DNA of 64,000 nucleotides from a candidate division FCPU426 bacterium (GCA_030621225.1 JAUXIB010000001.1:1253-65252); one strand, 5' to 3'; positions 1 to 10,361 are shown, counted from the stretch's first letter. The notes: generated from the sequence alone by a model not told the origin. Made by a program: numbers and translations.

Positions 1-321
1 GGTGTTCATATCCACCCCGTATTGGCGGGCTATCATCCATAAATTTTCGCCCGTTTGTATCTTATGCCGGCGCAATTTCACGCGCGCCGTTTCTTGTTCA
101 CCGGTAACCAGCGGACGCTGCCGTTCCAGTGTCGGCAATCCTGCTTCCTGGGAAGAGCCAGTAAGAGCGCTGCTACCGTTGGCCACCATAAACTCACTCG
201 CCCCATTCATGAGTTCTACGTGTCCGCTAGCACGCACTACAAAGAAAGCACCGCTAATTAATATCGCGGTGGTAAAAACAAGAAAACACAGCAGCACTAA
301 TATCGGACGTTCGTTCAGCAT
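1..321 (-). CDS. LysM-domain protein. Only the N-terminal part is present; the gene runs off the window start.
   Basis: The reverse-strand translation from the ATG (complement of 319-321) gives MLNERPILVLLCFLVFTTAILISG...HKIQTGENLWMIARQYGVDMNT. It has a TM anchor and a LysM-like motif. It is absent from the ORF track because it has no in-window stop. Confidence 0.45.
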   Translation of the reverse strand, partial: MLNERPILVLLCFLVFTTAILISGAFFVVRASGHVELMNGASEFMVANGSSALTGSSQEAGLPTLERQRPLVTGEQETARVKLRRHKIQTGENLWMIARQYGVDMNT

Positions 322-496
322 TCCGTATCTCGTATCTAGTATCTGGTATCTAGTTAGCCATTTCCAGTTTGCTGACTACTGTATACCCTTCGTTTAGGAC
401 CACGCCCATGGGGTCAATTAATTGAATCCTACAGAGCAACGCAAAAGCTCTTCCGCAATCTCCGCGATGCTTCCGCGCTTTCAGAAGCGCGGATTA

Positions 497-1975
497 CTAA
501 ATATCTATCTTTTTGCTCATCAACTGGATGAACTCCTGATTTGTCTTGGTAGCTCCCAGTTTTTCTTTCAGGAACTTCATCGCCTCAACCACTCCCATTG
601 GGCTGAGTAGTTGACGCAGGATCCATAACCGCTTCAGGTCATCTTCCGAAACCAGCAGCTCCTCCCGCCTGGTACCGGAACGCTTGATATCTACAGAGGG
701 ATAAATACGATTATCAACCAGCTTGCGGTCCAGGATGATCTCCATATTGCCGGTACCCTTAAACTCTTCAAAGATCACTTCGTCCATGCGGCTACCGGTC
801 TCAACCAGCGCCGTAGCAAGAATGGTCAGGCTGCCGCCTTCTTCCACGTCGCGCGCCGCGCCAAAAAAACGCTTTGGTCTTTGCAGGGCGTTGGAATCCA
901 CGCCGCCGGAAAGGATCTTGCCGGAAGACGGCGAAACGGTATTATAGGCACGACCAAGCCGAGTGATGCTGTCCAGCAGAATAACCACGTCACGCTTATA
1001 CTCTACGTACCGCTTGGCCTTTTCTATGACCATTTCCGCCACCTGGGTGTGTCTCTCCGGCGGCTCATCAAAGGTAGAACTGATCACCTCTCCCTTTACG
1101 CTGCGCGCCATGTCCGTTACCTCTTCAGGACGCTCATCGATAAGCAAAACGATGATCTGAATATCCGGATGGTTTGTGGTGATCGCGTTAGCTATCTTCT
1201 TCAGCAGTATCGTCTTGCCCGTGCGCGGCGGGGCAACGATCAATCCGCGCTGGCCCTTGCCGATCGGCGTGATCAAGTCCAAAATACGCGTGCTCATTTC
1301 TTTAGGGTCCGTTTCCAGCTTAATGAAGCTGCTGGGATGAACAGGCGTCATGTTATCAAAAAGGATAATGCCCTTGGCCAGTTCCGGATTCTCCTGGTTA
1401 ATGGCCTCCACCTTCAACAAAGCAAAGTATTTTTCCCCTTCCTTGGGGGGACGCACTTGACCGCTGATGGCATCGCCGGTGCGCATGGAAAACTTCCTGA
1501 TCTGGGAAGGCGAGACATAGATGTCATCGGAACCGGGCAAGTAGTTATAGTTCGTGGAACGCAAGAAGCCAAACCCATCCGGCAGTATTTCCAGCACCCC
1601 CTCCGCAAAGACTAGCCCGTTTTTACGCGCTTGCGACTCTAAAATTTTAAAGATCAGTTCGTGCTTCTTCAGCCCGGCCACGCTTTCCTCGCTCATCTCG
1701 CGGGCGATCTTGGATAATTCCGATATGCTCCGCTGTTTAAGATCACTTATATTCAAGCCAGCGCCGCTGGCCACTTTTATTTCCCCCGCGCTGCGAGGTC
1801 TGGCCGACCCGGTGGGTTTTGTTTTTACGGGCCCTTTGTCGGATGGCGCCACTCCTAATTTCGAGCCTGCCCCGCTTCTGATCGCCGCTCCTCGGACTGT
1901 GGGGCGAGCTGCGCCTCGCGTCCCTAACGAACGTTTCCCTTTCTGCTCGTTTTCCTGATCGGTTGTTTTAATCAT
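497..1975 (-). CDS. rho: Transcription termination factor Rho, with a basic low-complexity N-terminal extension.
   Basis: The 492-aa product has an RNA-binding N-terminal domain ([17 protein letters not shown]), a Walker A motif ([12 protein letters not shown]), and a RecA-like core ending in [11 protein letters not shown]. Confidence 0.9.
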   Translation of the reverse strand: MIKTTDQENEQKGKRSLGTRGAARPTVRGAAIRSGAGSKLGVAPSDKGPVKTKPTGSARPRSAGEIKVASGAGLNISDLKQRSISELSKIAREMSEESVAGLKKHELIFKILESQARKNGLVFAEGVLEILPDGFGFLRSTNYNYLPGSDDIYVSPSQIRKFSMRTGDAISGQVRPPKEGEKYFALLKVEAINQENPELAKGIILFDNMTPVHPSSFIKLETDPKEMSTRILDLITPIGKGQRGLIVAPPRTGKTILLKKIANAITTNHPDIQIIVLLIDERPEEVTDMARSVKGEVISSTFDEPPERHTQVAEMVIEKAKRYVEYKRDVVILLDSITRLGRAYNTVSPSSGKILSGGVDSNALQRPKRFFGAARDVEEGGSLTILATALVETGSRMDEVIFEEFKGTGNMEIILDRKLVDNRIYPSVDIKRSGTRREELLVSEDDLKRLWILRQLLSPMGVVEAMKFLKEKLGATKTNQEFIQLMSKKIDI

Positions 1976-2469
1976 GATAAATAAATACCTTTCTTTTTGG
2001 TTTGTGGTTCTTATTGCGCGGATAACGCACTACAGATTAGGATAATTATTTTATTTTCAAGGCCTCACTTCGGAAAACAAATTAAAAGAGTCTATTCCCT
2101 ACAAGGAGATCGTTTAGATATCTGGGAAAGGAACCTCCGAAGATCAACTTTAACTCACAACACTTATAGTCCATGTAGTCTAGTCTATGTTGCCTCCCTT
2201 GTCAAGGCTTTCTTTCCATTTTTGACATAATTATTATTTAGATCGCACCGAAAAAGTTTTTTTACCACGACGACACAACGTTCTTTATTTATTTGGTTTG
2301 TCACACCTGCGGAAGCAGGTGTCCAGTACAAAATGGATTCCTGCTTCCTACTTCGCCCTACGAGCTACGAAGGACAGGTGCGCAGGAATGACAGCCGAAT
2401 ACCTTGCGGCTTGCCGCAGGGAGTTTATTACGATAGACTAACGATCAGTGACGAAAAAATGCTTGACGC

Positions 2470-2498
2470 TTGACCCTGTGTCCGGGTAGGGCTATAAT
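2470..2498 (+). promoter_or_regulatory. Candidate sigma70-type promoter: TTGACC, a 17-nt spacer, then TATAAT.
   Basis: The -35 TTGACC lies at 2470-2475 and the -10 TATAAT at 2493-2498. It faces the CDS at 2687. The leader contains a perfect hairpin at 2584-2620. Confidence 0.35.
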
Positions 2499-2686
2499 AA
2501 AGCAAGGTTTAGCGGTGGGCTACTTTGTGCGGAGGTCGCGGAGGAACGGTGTCTTTTCGCGCTTTCCGCCCCCTGGCGTCTGCCCCCATTCCTGTCTTCC
2601 GACAGGAAGACATGGGGGTGCAGGGGCGCGTTCTCCGCGGATAATTTAGGTAAAATAACCTATTACCCAAGGTAAGGAATACGCGT

Positions 2687-3442
2687 GTGAAAGACTTCAT
2701 TCAGGTTATTATCCTGGTTATCGCCATTCTGTTGGCGTTGGTTTTGTTACGTCAGTGTGAGGGCCCCCAGTATCCGGTTGAGTTGACGGCTATTCCATTG
2801 CCGGCGCGCACCGTGACCCAGGAACCTTCTCCGTTGCCCACCCTTACTCCTGTGCCGACGGTATATGTGTCGCCTGCTGATACTCCGATTCCGAGGCCTA
2901 CCGCTACGCCGCGGCCGATCAAGCTTGGCAAGGGCAAGGGAGTGATCAGCGGCCATTTGCGTCATTACCGCCACGGCACTAGGTACATAGATCCGTATGA
3001 GGGAGCTAATGTAGCCCTTTTTTATAAGGGGCAAAAGGCCAAGCAGGTGAAGACGGATCGGGCCGGTGTGTTTCGTATCAGCGGCTTGCCCACGGGGGTC
3101 TACGATCTGAGGGTTTTTGTAATGTCGGCGTATCCTTACGATAAGACCAGGGGGATCGAGGTTGAAGACGGCCGTGAGACCGCGGGGGTCTCCATTCTTC
3201 TGGAGCAGGAGTTTGTCCCCGATGAGATGAACTTGACCTTCAAGCGGGGAGTGGGTGAGGCTCAGGCCCGGCAGGCCATACGCCAGCACGGACTGACCTT
3301 GGTCAAAAGAGACCCGGAAAATGGAGATTACCTGGTGAAGGTGTCCCCGGGGAAGTACGTTCCGGATATGCTGGAGGAGATGAGAGAAGACGAGCAGGTG
3401 CGTGACGCAGTGCCGAACTATTATGTTTATTACCATGATTGA
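2687..3442 (+). CDS. Secreted or membrane-anchored protein with a Pro-rich linker and a carboxypeptidase-regulatory-like (CarbopepD_reg) beta-sandwich.
   Basis: GTG start. Features are an N-terminal hydrophobic helix, a PxP-rich linker, and a GVISGHL...GVFRISGLPTGVYDLRV motif. Confidence 0.5.
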   Translation: MKDFIQVIILVIAILLALVLLRQCEGPQYPVELTAIPLPARTVTQEPSPLPTLTPVPTVYVSPADTPIPRPTATPRPIKLGKGKGVISGHLRHYRHGTRYIDPYEGANVALFYKGQKAKQVKTDRAGVFRISGLPTGVYDLRVFVMSAYPYDKTRGIEVEDGRETAGVSILLEQEFVPDEMNLTFKRGVGEAQARQAIRQHGLTLVKRDPENGDYLVKVSPGKYVPDMLEEMREDEQVRDAVPNYYVYYHD

Positions 3443-3454
3443 GGGTGGGTACTG

Positions 3455-4102
3455 ATGAAGAAGAGGATTCTGATAGCTGGGTTCATTTTTATTTTGGCGG
3501 CTGGTGCTTCGTTTGCGGACGAAGAGGACTGGCTGGCATTTTATCCCTTGCAGTTGGGTGACCAACGGGAATACCTGATTACTTACAAGGGGAAGGAAAT
3601 ACGAGCGAACGTTGACATCGTTAAAACATATGTGGAAGATGAGCAGGAATACTATGTGATGCGTTCCGATGAGAACGACGTGGAATATCACATTAACGCT
3701 AATGAACAAGGTGTGTTTTTGCGGCGGTGGCGATATCCTTTTCCGGTGTTGAAATTCCTCAAATACACTGTCAAGTTTGACCCGCCTATCCCGATTATCA
3801 GGTATCCGCTTGAAGTGGGTAAGCGTTGGGTCTATGTCGGCCGTGGATCGGTATGGTTTATGGGGCGGGACATCAGTGTGTCCTATGTGGTCAAAGAGCA
3901 AGGGACGATGGAGTTAGCTCTGGGTGAGGTGAAGTATTTCAAGATTTCCGGTCTGATCAACGACAGCAAGGCACTCTACGAGGAGCTTTATTATTATGGT
4001 CAGGGGTACGGTTATATAAAGGGGCATGGCCGGAACAGGCGAGATGTAATTGTGGACTACCGGCCTGGCTCGGCAGATGCCAAACAGCAACCGGATAAAT
4101 AG
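3455..4102 (+). CDS. Hypothetical secreted protein.
   Basis: Signal peptide MKKRILIAGFIFILAAGASFA. The 215-aa ORF shows coding-like composition. No recognised domain. Confidence 0.4.
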   Translation: MKKRILIAGFIFILAAGASFADEEDWLAFYPLQLGDQREYLITYKGKEIRANVDIVKTYVEDEQEYYVMRSDENDVEYHINANEQGVFLRRWRYPFPVLKFLKYTVKFDPPIPIIRYPLEVGKRWVYVGRGSVWFMGRDISVSYVVKEQGTMELALGEVKYFKISGLINDSKALYEELYYYGQGYGYIKGHGRNRRDVIVDYRPGSADAKQQPDK

Positions 4103-4142
4103 CGGTTGTGTGGTGTGTATCGAATATCGGTGGTGTGAGATA

Positions 4143-4679
4143 ATGAAAAAGACTTCGGGTTTTATTCTTGTAATATTCTGCCTGGTGTTGAGTTTGGATC
4201 GACCGTTAATGGCCCTTGATCTCGAAATAGTCCCCGTGGGGATCAGGACTTTTCTTGCTGATGTAAAAGAAGAAAAAAAAGAAGCGGCAGCGGGTGGGTC
4301 TTATGTAACGGCTGAGCTGGGGCTGCCGGTGTTAGAGACGTTAAGTGCGCTGCTAAGCACTTATGATTTCGAAGTGGAAAGGTTTTGGCTGGTAGCAGAT
4401 GATTGTTTGCTGAAACTAAAGGCTGCGGATGAGCAGTCGGTGGTGATCCTTACGCTGCGTTTGTTGCGCGCTTCGGACAACTGGCGGTTAGTTGACAAGC
4501 CCTTGATGCGTGAGATCAGGTTGCCGAGGAAGGGGGCGGTGCGGGGAGATAGCGGGAAGCTACGCCGCCAGGCTAACAAACTACGCGCTGGGATTCTGGT
4601 GGACAAGGCGGTCCTGGAGGGAGTGGAAGCATTTCTCGAGGAGATGAAGGGGAAGCATTCGCAAAAGGATGATGGCTAA
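4143..4679 (+). CDS. Hypothetical secreted protein.
   Basis: Internal ATG at 4143 gives MKKTSGFILVIFCLVLSL, a signal peptide. The upstream ORF extension overlaps the preceding gene. Confidence 0.4.
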   Translation: MKKTSGFILVIFCLVLSLDRPLMALDLEIVPVGIRTFLADVKEEKKEAAAGGSYVTAELGLPVLETLSALLSTYDFEVERFWLVADDCLLKLKAADEQSVVILTLRLLRASDNWRLVDKPLMREIRLPRKGAVRGDSGKLRRQANKLRAGILVDKAVLEGVEAFLEEMKGKHSQKDDG

Positions 4680-4785
4680 CGTTTAAGCGTCAAACATCGA
4701 ATGTCAAATATCTGAACGTTGAATGGCGAAAACCCTCATCGATGTTTGACATTGGTTCCGTAACGTTTGACGGAAGATAGGGGGC

Positions 4786-7149
4786 TTGATAATGATGAAG
4801 CGACCGGTGGTCGCCTTTTCTTTTTCCAGTATAATCGGTGTATTAGGGGCTGATGTTTTCAGCAAAGCCGATTGGTTTGTTGCCTGCCTGGCGGCGGCCT
4901 GTTTCTTTGTTTGTGTCGCCGCCGCCGCGTTTCTCCTCTGGCGTCAAAAAAGGGAAGACCTATATTTTTTCACGGCAGTATTACTGTGTTTTCTTTTGTT
5001 ATTTGGTTTGCGTACGGCGCAGTTGAAACTTCCGGACGATCACATCTGCCGTTTGATAGGCGTGGGCCGGGCCAGTGTGGAAGGCAGGCTGGCGGGTATG
5101 CCCCGGAATACTTCCTGGCGCACCAGCTATGACTTGATCGCGGACCGCTGCCTGGTTGCCGGGGGGTGGCGAGATTGTTGCGGGGTGATAAAGCTTCATC
5201 TCTATGGTCAAAGGGAACTCCTGGCGCCTGGCGAACGGGTAAGGGTAAGTGGGAAGCTCAAGTTACCGGACCGTGCCCTCAACCCGGGCCAGTTTGACTA
5301 TCGACATTACCTGGCAAATCAGGATATTCATCGGGAGTTACAGGCGCAGGCTGTTAGTTGTTTGCGCCTGGACGGGGGGCGCTGGGCTGTGCCCGGTCGC
5401 TGGCTGCTCCGCTTGCGCCTGGCGGCGGAAAGCGCATTGGTGGGGTCGCTGGGTGAAGAAACTGCCCGGCCGATGAAGGCGTTCCTTTTTGGTAAGAAAG
5501 ATGAACTTGCGCCCAACGAGCGGGACGATTTCAACCGTACCGGTATCGCGCACGTTTTGGCTGTTTCCGGATTGCATGTTGGGCTGGTCTTCGGCTTCTT
5601 TTATCTTCTGTTACGTGTTTTGCGTTGTCCCCTGCGCTGGGCGATGCTTGCCGCGCTTGGCGGTGCCGCCCTTTACACCATGCTGACGGGAGCGGAGATA
5701 CCGGCCTTGCGTGCCACCCTGATGGCAGCGGTTGTTGTGCTCTCCTTTTCCTTTGGGCGGGAAGTGGATCTTTTTTCGGTGGTCCTACTTGTCGGAATAT
5801 TTTTTTTGCTGTTTAATCCCGGAGCGCTCCACCATCCCGGATTTCAGTTGTCTTTTTTAGTTACCTTGGGCATCATTGCTTTGGCGCCGCGCTTGGAAGC
5901 TGTGTTCGCTTTCTTGCCCGGTAGATACCTGCGTTCACTGGTGGTGGTCGCCATCGCCGCGCAACTGGCGGTATTTCCGCTCACTGCCTGTCATTTCCAC
6001 CTAGTGGCGCCCGTTGGCTTGCTGTTGAACCTGTTGGTAGTTCCCCTGCTGTCGATCGCCCTTGCCCTTGGTTTTATCGCGATGCTCTTTTATTATCCGC
6101 TGCCTTTCCTGGCCCAGGTCTTCGGGGCCAGCGGTGGTGTAGCAGCGGGGCTGTTAATGAAAGTGAGCAGCTTTTTCGCGGCCTTGCCCGGCGGTTACTT
6201 CCATTTGCCATCACCGTTGTTATTAACCATAGCAGGATACTATTTTCTGCTTTTTTCATTCAGTGGTTATTTTCTTTGTTCGCGTCGCCAGCGGCTGGCG
6301 CTGACAGTGCTTTTTTTGCTCTGCTTGAATGCTGAAATGATTCGCGCCTGGTGCCGTGCGCCGCAGGGGGAATTAGAGATAAGTTTTCTGTCTGTCGGCC
6401 AGGGGGACGCGGCGTTGTTGCGTTGCCGCAATGGAGGGACGGTACTTATAGATTGTGGGGCGGGGCCGCCTGCGGCCGCGGCGGCCAGGGTGGTTGCTCC
6501 CTTTCTTTGGGAGTTGGGCGTTAGACGGCTTGATGCCGTGGTGCTTTCACATCGGGACTATGACCATGCCGGCGGGTTGGCCTACCTGTTACGGAATTTC
6601 GAGGTAGGAGCCGTAATAGAATCTGTCGCGGCAGGCGGCCAGCTCTTGAATAAGGAGCTGCCGGAGGAACTTATCCAGCGGCGAGCAGCGCAGAAGCTTT
6701 TGGTCGCCAAGGGGCAGGAAATCGAAGGGTTGCCGGGAATTCGGTTGAAAGTGGTGCATCCTCCCAGCGATTACCGCGGCAATGATAATGATGGTAGCCT
6801 GACATTGCTAGTTGAAACAAGCCGCTTCCTGGCCTTTTTTGGGGGTGACATTGGGGTGGGGATAGAAAAATCGCTTGTATCGTGCCTGGCAGGGAGGCGT
6901 CTGGATGTACTCAAGGTGGGGCATCACGGGTCTGCCGGCTCAACCTCTAGAGAATTTCTCTCCCGCACGCAGCCGCGTCTGGCGGTTATTTCATGCGCCG
7001 GACGAGAGGAGCATGGTCTGCCGTCCACGGAAGTTATTAAGTCTCTGCTCTTTTCAGGGGCCAGCGTACTGCGGACGGATAAGCGGGGGATGGTGCGGGT
7101 CAGCGTGAGCAAGAGTGGGGAGGTAGAGGTGGAGACGTTCATTGAGTAG
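4786..7149 (+). CDS. comEC: DNA internalization competence protein ComEC/Rec2: DUF4131, competence domain and metallo-beta-lactamase domain.
   Basis: Polytopic membrane core (AHVLAVSGLHVG...), and a C-terminal MBL fold with HRDYDHAGG and KVGHHGS motifs. Confidence 0.85.
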   Translation: MIMMKRPVVAFSFSSIIGVLGADVFSKADWFVACLAAACFFVCVAAAAFLLWRQKREDLYFFTAVLLCFLLLFGLRTAQLKLPDDHICRLIGVGRASVEGRLAGMPRNTSWRTSYDLIADRCLVAGGWRDCCGVIKLHLYGQRELLAPGERVRVSGKLKLPDRALNPGQFDYRHYLANQDIHRELQAQAVSCLRLDGGRWAVPGRWLLRLRLAAESALVGSLGEETARPMKAFLFGKKDELAPNERDDFNRTGIAHVLAVSGLHVGLVFGFFYLLLRVLRCPLRWAMLAALGGAALYTMLTGAEIPALRATLMAAVVVLSFSFGREVDLFSVVLLVGIFFLLFNPGALHHPGFQLSFLVTLGIIALAPRLEAVFAFLPGRYLRSLVVVAIAAQLAVFPLTACHFHLVAPVGLLLNLLVVPLLSIALALGFIAMLFYYPLPFLAQVFGASGGVAAGLLMKVSSFFAALPGGYFHLPSPLLLTIAGYYFLLFSFSGYFLCSRRQRLALTVLFLLCLNAEMIRAWCRAPQGELEISFLSVGQGDAALLRCRNGGTVLIDCGAGPPAAAAARVVAPFLWELGVRRLDAVVLSHRDYDHAGGLAYLLRNFEVGAVIESVAAGGQLLNKELPEELIQRRAAQKLLVAKGQEIEGLPGIRLKVVHPPSDYRGNDNDGSLTLLVETSRFLAFFGGDIGVGIEKSLVSCLAGRRLDVLKVGHHGSAGSTSREFLSRTQPRLAVISCAGREEHGLPSTEVIKSLLFSGASVLRTDKRGMVRVSVSKSGEVEVETFIE

Positions 7150-7240
7150 TTGTCGCGCGTCGCGTGTCTTGTGTCGTACGTCGCATGGACGCGTGACTCG
7201 TGACCCGTGACACGAGACACGTGATTAGCAGGATCGCATT

Positions 7241-8032
7241 CTAGATAAATACCAGGATCAAGATCCCGATCAAGAAGCAGTAAGGACTGAAAAAATACAG
7301 CCTGCCGCGTTTGGTTAATACCACCAGAAAATGCAGGGCGGCCAAACCGATCGTGAAGGCGGCCAGAAAACCGGACAGCGCTGCAGGCAGGGATAAGCCT
7401 GCGGGAAGGTCGCCGCTTAATTCCAGAAGCAGGGCACCGCAGATAGCAGGGAGGGAGAGCAGCATCGAGAAAGACACTGCTTTTTCGTGGCGGCAACCCA
7501 GCAGTAAGAGACAGACGATAGTCAGGCCGGAGCGGGAGAGTCCGGGAAAAATCGCTAACCCTTGAACGAGCCCGGCTGTCAGAGCCATGCCCAGACTGAT
7601 TTCAGCGGTGATGGTTGACCGTCGGTGGTGTAGGACCAGCGGCAGGATAAGAACCAGGCCGGTGACCAGCAGCGCCCAGGCCGCCGAAGACGGCGAGGAG
7701 AAGGCGGCGCGCAGGGGGTGTTTGAGGGCCAGGTAGACAAAAGCGGTGGCGGCGTTGCCGGCAAGCAGTAGTAGGGAGAGCCGGCTGCCGGATAATAATT
7801 GTCGTTCCCCGCGCAATTGGCGGAACAAGTCCTGGAAGATGTTGATAATAGGATGGCGATAGTAAATGACTACTACCAGAGCGGTCGCGATATGCAGAAT
7901 AATATCCAGGAGGAGCAGTGGCCCCTGCGCGGATAGTAGGTGCTGTACGATTACCAGGTGACCGGAACTGGAGACAGGCAGAAACTCAGTCAGGCCCTGT
8001 AATATGCCAAGAGTGATAGCGTCAAGATACAT
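7241..8032 (-). CDS. uppP: Undecaprenyl-diphosphatase (BacA/UppP).
   Basis: N-terminus ILQGLTEFLPVSSSGHL. It is a 263-aa polytopic membrane protein. Confidence 0.85.
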   Translation of the reverse strand: MYLDAITLGILQGLTEFLPVSSSGHLVIVQHLLSAQGPLLLLDIILHIATALVVVIYYRHPIINIFQDLFRQLRGERQLLSGSRLSLLLLAGNAATAFVYLALKHPLRAAFSSPSSAAWALLVTGLVLILPLVLHHRRSTITAEISLGMALTAGLVQGLAIFPGLSRSGLTIVCLLLLGCRHEKAVSFSMLLSLPAICGALLLELSGDLPAGLSLPAALSGFLAAFTIGLAALHFLVVLTKRGRLYFFSPYCFLIGILILVFI

Positions 8033-8326
8033 GGCTGCTAGTTTAGCATAATGAGTTATGAATTGTGAATACGGTATACAGAATACGGGATATGAATTAG
8101 TCGTTAGTCATTTCCACTTTCGTCTAGACTATGGCGGACATGGGTATTTAGTATCTGGTTACTAGCCCTGCATGTCCTGCCATAGCTTTAGCGACGGCGG
8201 AAGCCTTGTCGAAGGGCTGGTCGTCAACCAAATGCCCCCTGCGGGGACTAACTGATATTAAATAGGATAGCGGCCAATGACCAAATACTAACGACCAAAA
8301 CAGCAAATAAGAAGCGGCAAACTAGA

Positions 8327-8490
8327 GATGTTGGTCCTCCGGACACTCCAATATTAAATAGAGTAAGGCCGGTCTCCGGACACTCCAATATTAAATAGAG
8401 TAAGGCCGGTCTCCGGGCACTCCGATATTAAATAAAATGATGTTGGTCTTACGGACACTCCAATATTAAATAAAATGATGTTGGCTACCG
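8327..8490. repeat. Tandem repeat of about 4.4 copies with a 37-38 bp period. Each unit has a 20-nt core GGACACTCCAATATTAAATA and a 17-19 nt variable tail.
   Basis: Copies lie at 8341-8377, 8378-8414 (identical to the first), 8415-8452 and 8453-~8490. A solo copy occurs at 40345-40375, after prfB. Confidence 0.8.
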
Positions 8491-8548
8491 CTTAGCATAT
8501 GTGATAGAATCCCAGAAGATTGAAAAAGATATTAAGGAGATATTTAAT

Positions 8549-9265
8549 ATGCGGTTGAAGATATTTGTTTCGATGTTACTGGTCGTTTTTTGTGGCTCCT
8601 GCGGTCGGGGGTTAAAGGAATATGTCCGTCCCAGCGGCATGCCGGAGGGGATTGCCAGTATAGCGGTTTTTCCTTCGTGTGTCGAATGTGGCTACATGGA
8701 AGAGGATGAGGTGCTCATCTGCAAACGTTGCCAGTGTGACGGATATAAGACAGGTTTGTTGATAAAGGCGGAAGTTGAGCGCCTGACATCGGATATTAAG
8801 GTAAGCTATTACCATCGCCCGGAGCTTGACGCGCGGAGTATAGAGCGTAAGGTTTGGCAGGCGGTCAAGGATGATAAGCTGGTTTTTGAGGAAGTTGCCG
8901 AGTTGGGAGAGATGAGCGAGTCGGACCTTATTCTGTTTTCCTCCGTATATTGTTGGGAGAGAGATGACCGTTCTCCCCCCGGCGCCCAAGGCGGGAACGA
9001 TAGTTTTACCATGCGCTCAGGAAAAAAGGCCGGCAAGCCGGTGAAGGTTCGAGATAAAATAGGCTTGGACCTGGTGCTGATCGATACCGACAGCGGGGAG
9101 TTGATCTGGCGTCAGCGAGGCAAGCTGCACTCTGATAGCAAACAGCGCCGCGAACGTCATACTCACGTTTATGATTCGGCGGTCGTTTTTATCGGTGAAA
9201 TGCTGAAGACTTTTCCCTTGCGTAGCGTTGTGGAACAGGAGCCGGCGGCAGAAGAAAGCGAGTGA
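8549..9265 (+). CDS. Hypothetical lipoprotein.
   Basis: Internal ATG at 8549 gives MRLKIFVSMLLVVFCGSC, a lipobox. A candidate promoter TTGGCT-18-TAGAAT sits just upstream at ~8474-8510. Confidence 0.45.
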   Translation: MRLKIFVSMLLVVFCGSCGRGLKEYVRPSGMPEGIASIAVFPSCVECGYMEEDEVLICKRCQCDGYKTGLLIKAEVERLTSDIKVSYYHRPELDARSIERKVWQAVKDDKLVFEEVAELGEMSESDLILFSSVYCWERDDRSPPGAQGGNDSFTMRSGKKAGKPVKVRDKIGLDLVLIDTDSGELIWRQRGKLHSDSKQRRERHTHVYDSAVVFIGEMLKTFPLRSVVEQEPAAEESE

Positions 9266-9280
9266 GCCTGAAAAAGTATA

Positions 9281-9315
9281 AAAAAAGGCCGACAAGATTT
9301 CTTGTCGGCCTTTTT
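9281..9315. terminator. Bidirectional rho-independent terminator between convergent genes.
   Basis: The stem GGCCGACAAG/CTTGTCGGCC is flanked by A6 and T5 tracts. Confidence 0.6.
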
Positions 9316-9356
9316 ACCATAAAAGAACGAGATACGAACTACGAGTAACGCGGTCA

Positions 9357-9812
9357 CTACTTGCGTTTTTTGCCACTCGGCCTGCCCTGCCCGGGGCCGT
9401 CACCCATCCCTTTCCACATTTTCAGCCTGTTAGCGAATTTTTTAAATTGTTCTGGGGTAAGGATTTCCTTGGTTTTGAGCAGGGAGTCCACGCGCAAACG
9501 CAGCATCTTCGCGTGTAACTCGCCGATTTCGTTTATTAAGTTGTCGATGATCGATTTGTCGCTCTTTTCTTTCTTCAGCTCATGCTGTAATTTTTTCTCG
9601 CTCTTCGCGATTTCGGCTCGGACGTCGATGGTGGCCAATTCTGTTTCGTGGCGAATGTTGTCCAGTTGCTCCAGTTGTTCTTCACTTAGGCCGAGGCGTT
9701 TTTTGAAATCGGGGCGTCCCTCATCCTTATTGCCGGGGCCGGGGGGGCCTTGTGCCCAGGTTAACGGCACCAGGATGGTGAGCGCTGCTAGAACGGCGAG
9801 TGCTTTTTTCAT
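9357..9812 (-). CDS. Periplasmic Spy/CpxP-family (LTXXQ motif) stress protein.
   Basis: Signal peptide, helical repeats, and the LTPEQ motif. Confidence 0.55.
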   Translation of the reverse strand: MKKALAVLAALTILVPLTWAQGPPGPGNKDEGRPDFKKRLGLSEEQLEQLDNIRHETELATIDVRAEIAKSEKKLQHELKKEKSDKSIIDNLINEIGELHAKMLRLRVDSLLKTKEILTPEQFKKFANRLKMWKGMGDGPGQGRPSGKKRK

Positions 9813-9854
9813 CTTTTTTCTCCTTGAGTTAAATGGTTATCTGTTCCTGGGGGA

Positions 9855-10361
9855 TTAAGCGCGGTAATCAAGTTTTGGTTTGCGTCCCGTTTTTTCGTCA
9901 TCGCTATGAGTTTCGGGAATGTAATTAAGGTAATCAATAATATCGTCTGCTGGGACTAACAGTGAATCCCAGTCATTCAGGGAATCGCTGGCAATGTTGT
10001 TCTCCAGCATGCTGAGTTGTTGATATAGAAAGTTGTCTACGGCGTGCTGGTCAACGGGCCGGGCGGTTGGGAAATCTAAGGTTAAGAAGACGGCCGCTAT
10101 CAGCAAGAGCGCAGCCGTTATAGCGACCATACGGCGCCGCGGTTGAGGACGCGGTGTCGCGAGAGCCGTTTCAATGCGCGGCCAAAGGTCCGGCACGGGC
10201 TGTTGTTGGTCCAGCTGGTGTCCCAATCGGTGTAAAGCGGCCAGTTCTTTCCGGCAACGCGCGCAACTTTTAATATGACCGCGTATTTGTTTTGTTAGAA
10301 TTGGCTCGAGCTCGTTGTCGTAAAAGGCCGAGAGCAAGGATCTTGTTTTTCGACAGTTCAT
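9855..10361 (-). CDS. Anti-sigma factor of the zf-HC2/RsrA type, with one TM helix.
   Basis: HIKSCARCRKEL zinc motif and a central hydrophobic helix. It overlaps the upstream ECF sigma by 4 bp. Confidence 0.6.
   Translation of the reverse strand: MNCRKTRSLLSAFYDNELEPILTKQIRGHIKSCARCRKELAALHRLGHQLDQQQPVPDLWPRIETALATPRPQPRRRMVAITAALLLIAAVFLTLDFPTARPVDQHAVDNFLYQQLSMLENNIASDSLNDWDSLLVPADDIIDYLNYIPETHSDDEKTGRKPKLDYRA

Noticed and set aside
881-1615. 244-aa plus-strand ORF and others overlapping rho.
   Set aside because: They are antisense to a strongly supported rho gene and have no domain signal.
2747-3901. 384-aa minus-strand ORF.
   Set aside because: It overlaps two plus-strand genes that have signal peptides and a recognisable CarbopepD_reg domain. 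Its translation is Arg/His/Pro-rich low complexity, typical of an antisense read of GC-rich coding DNA.
8327-8490. Possible CRISPR array (regular ~37-bp spacing of a conserved 20-mer).
   Set aside because: The variable parts are only 17-19 nt and two are identical, with another sharing most of its sequence. There are no cas genes. It fits a tandem repeat or operator array better.
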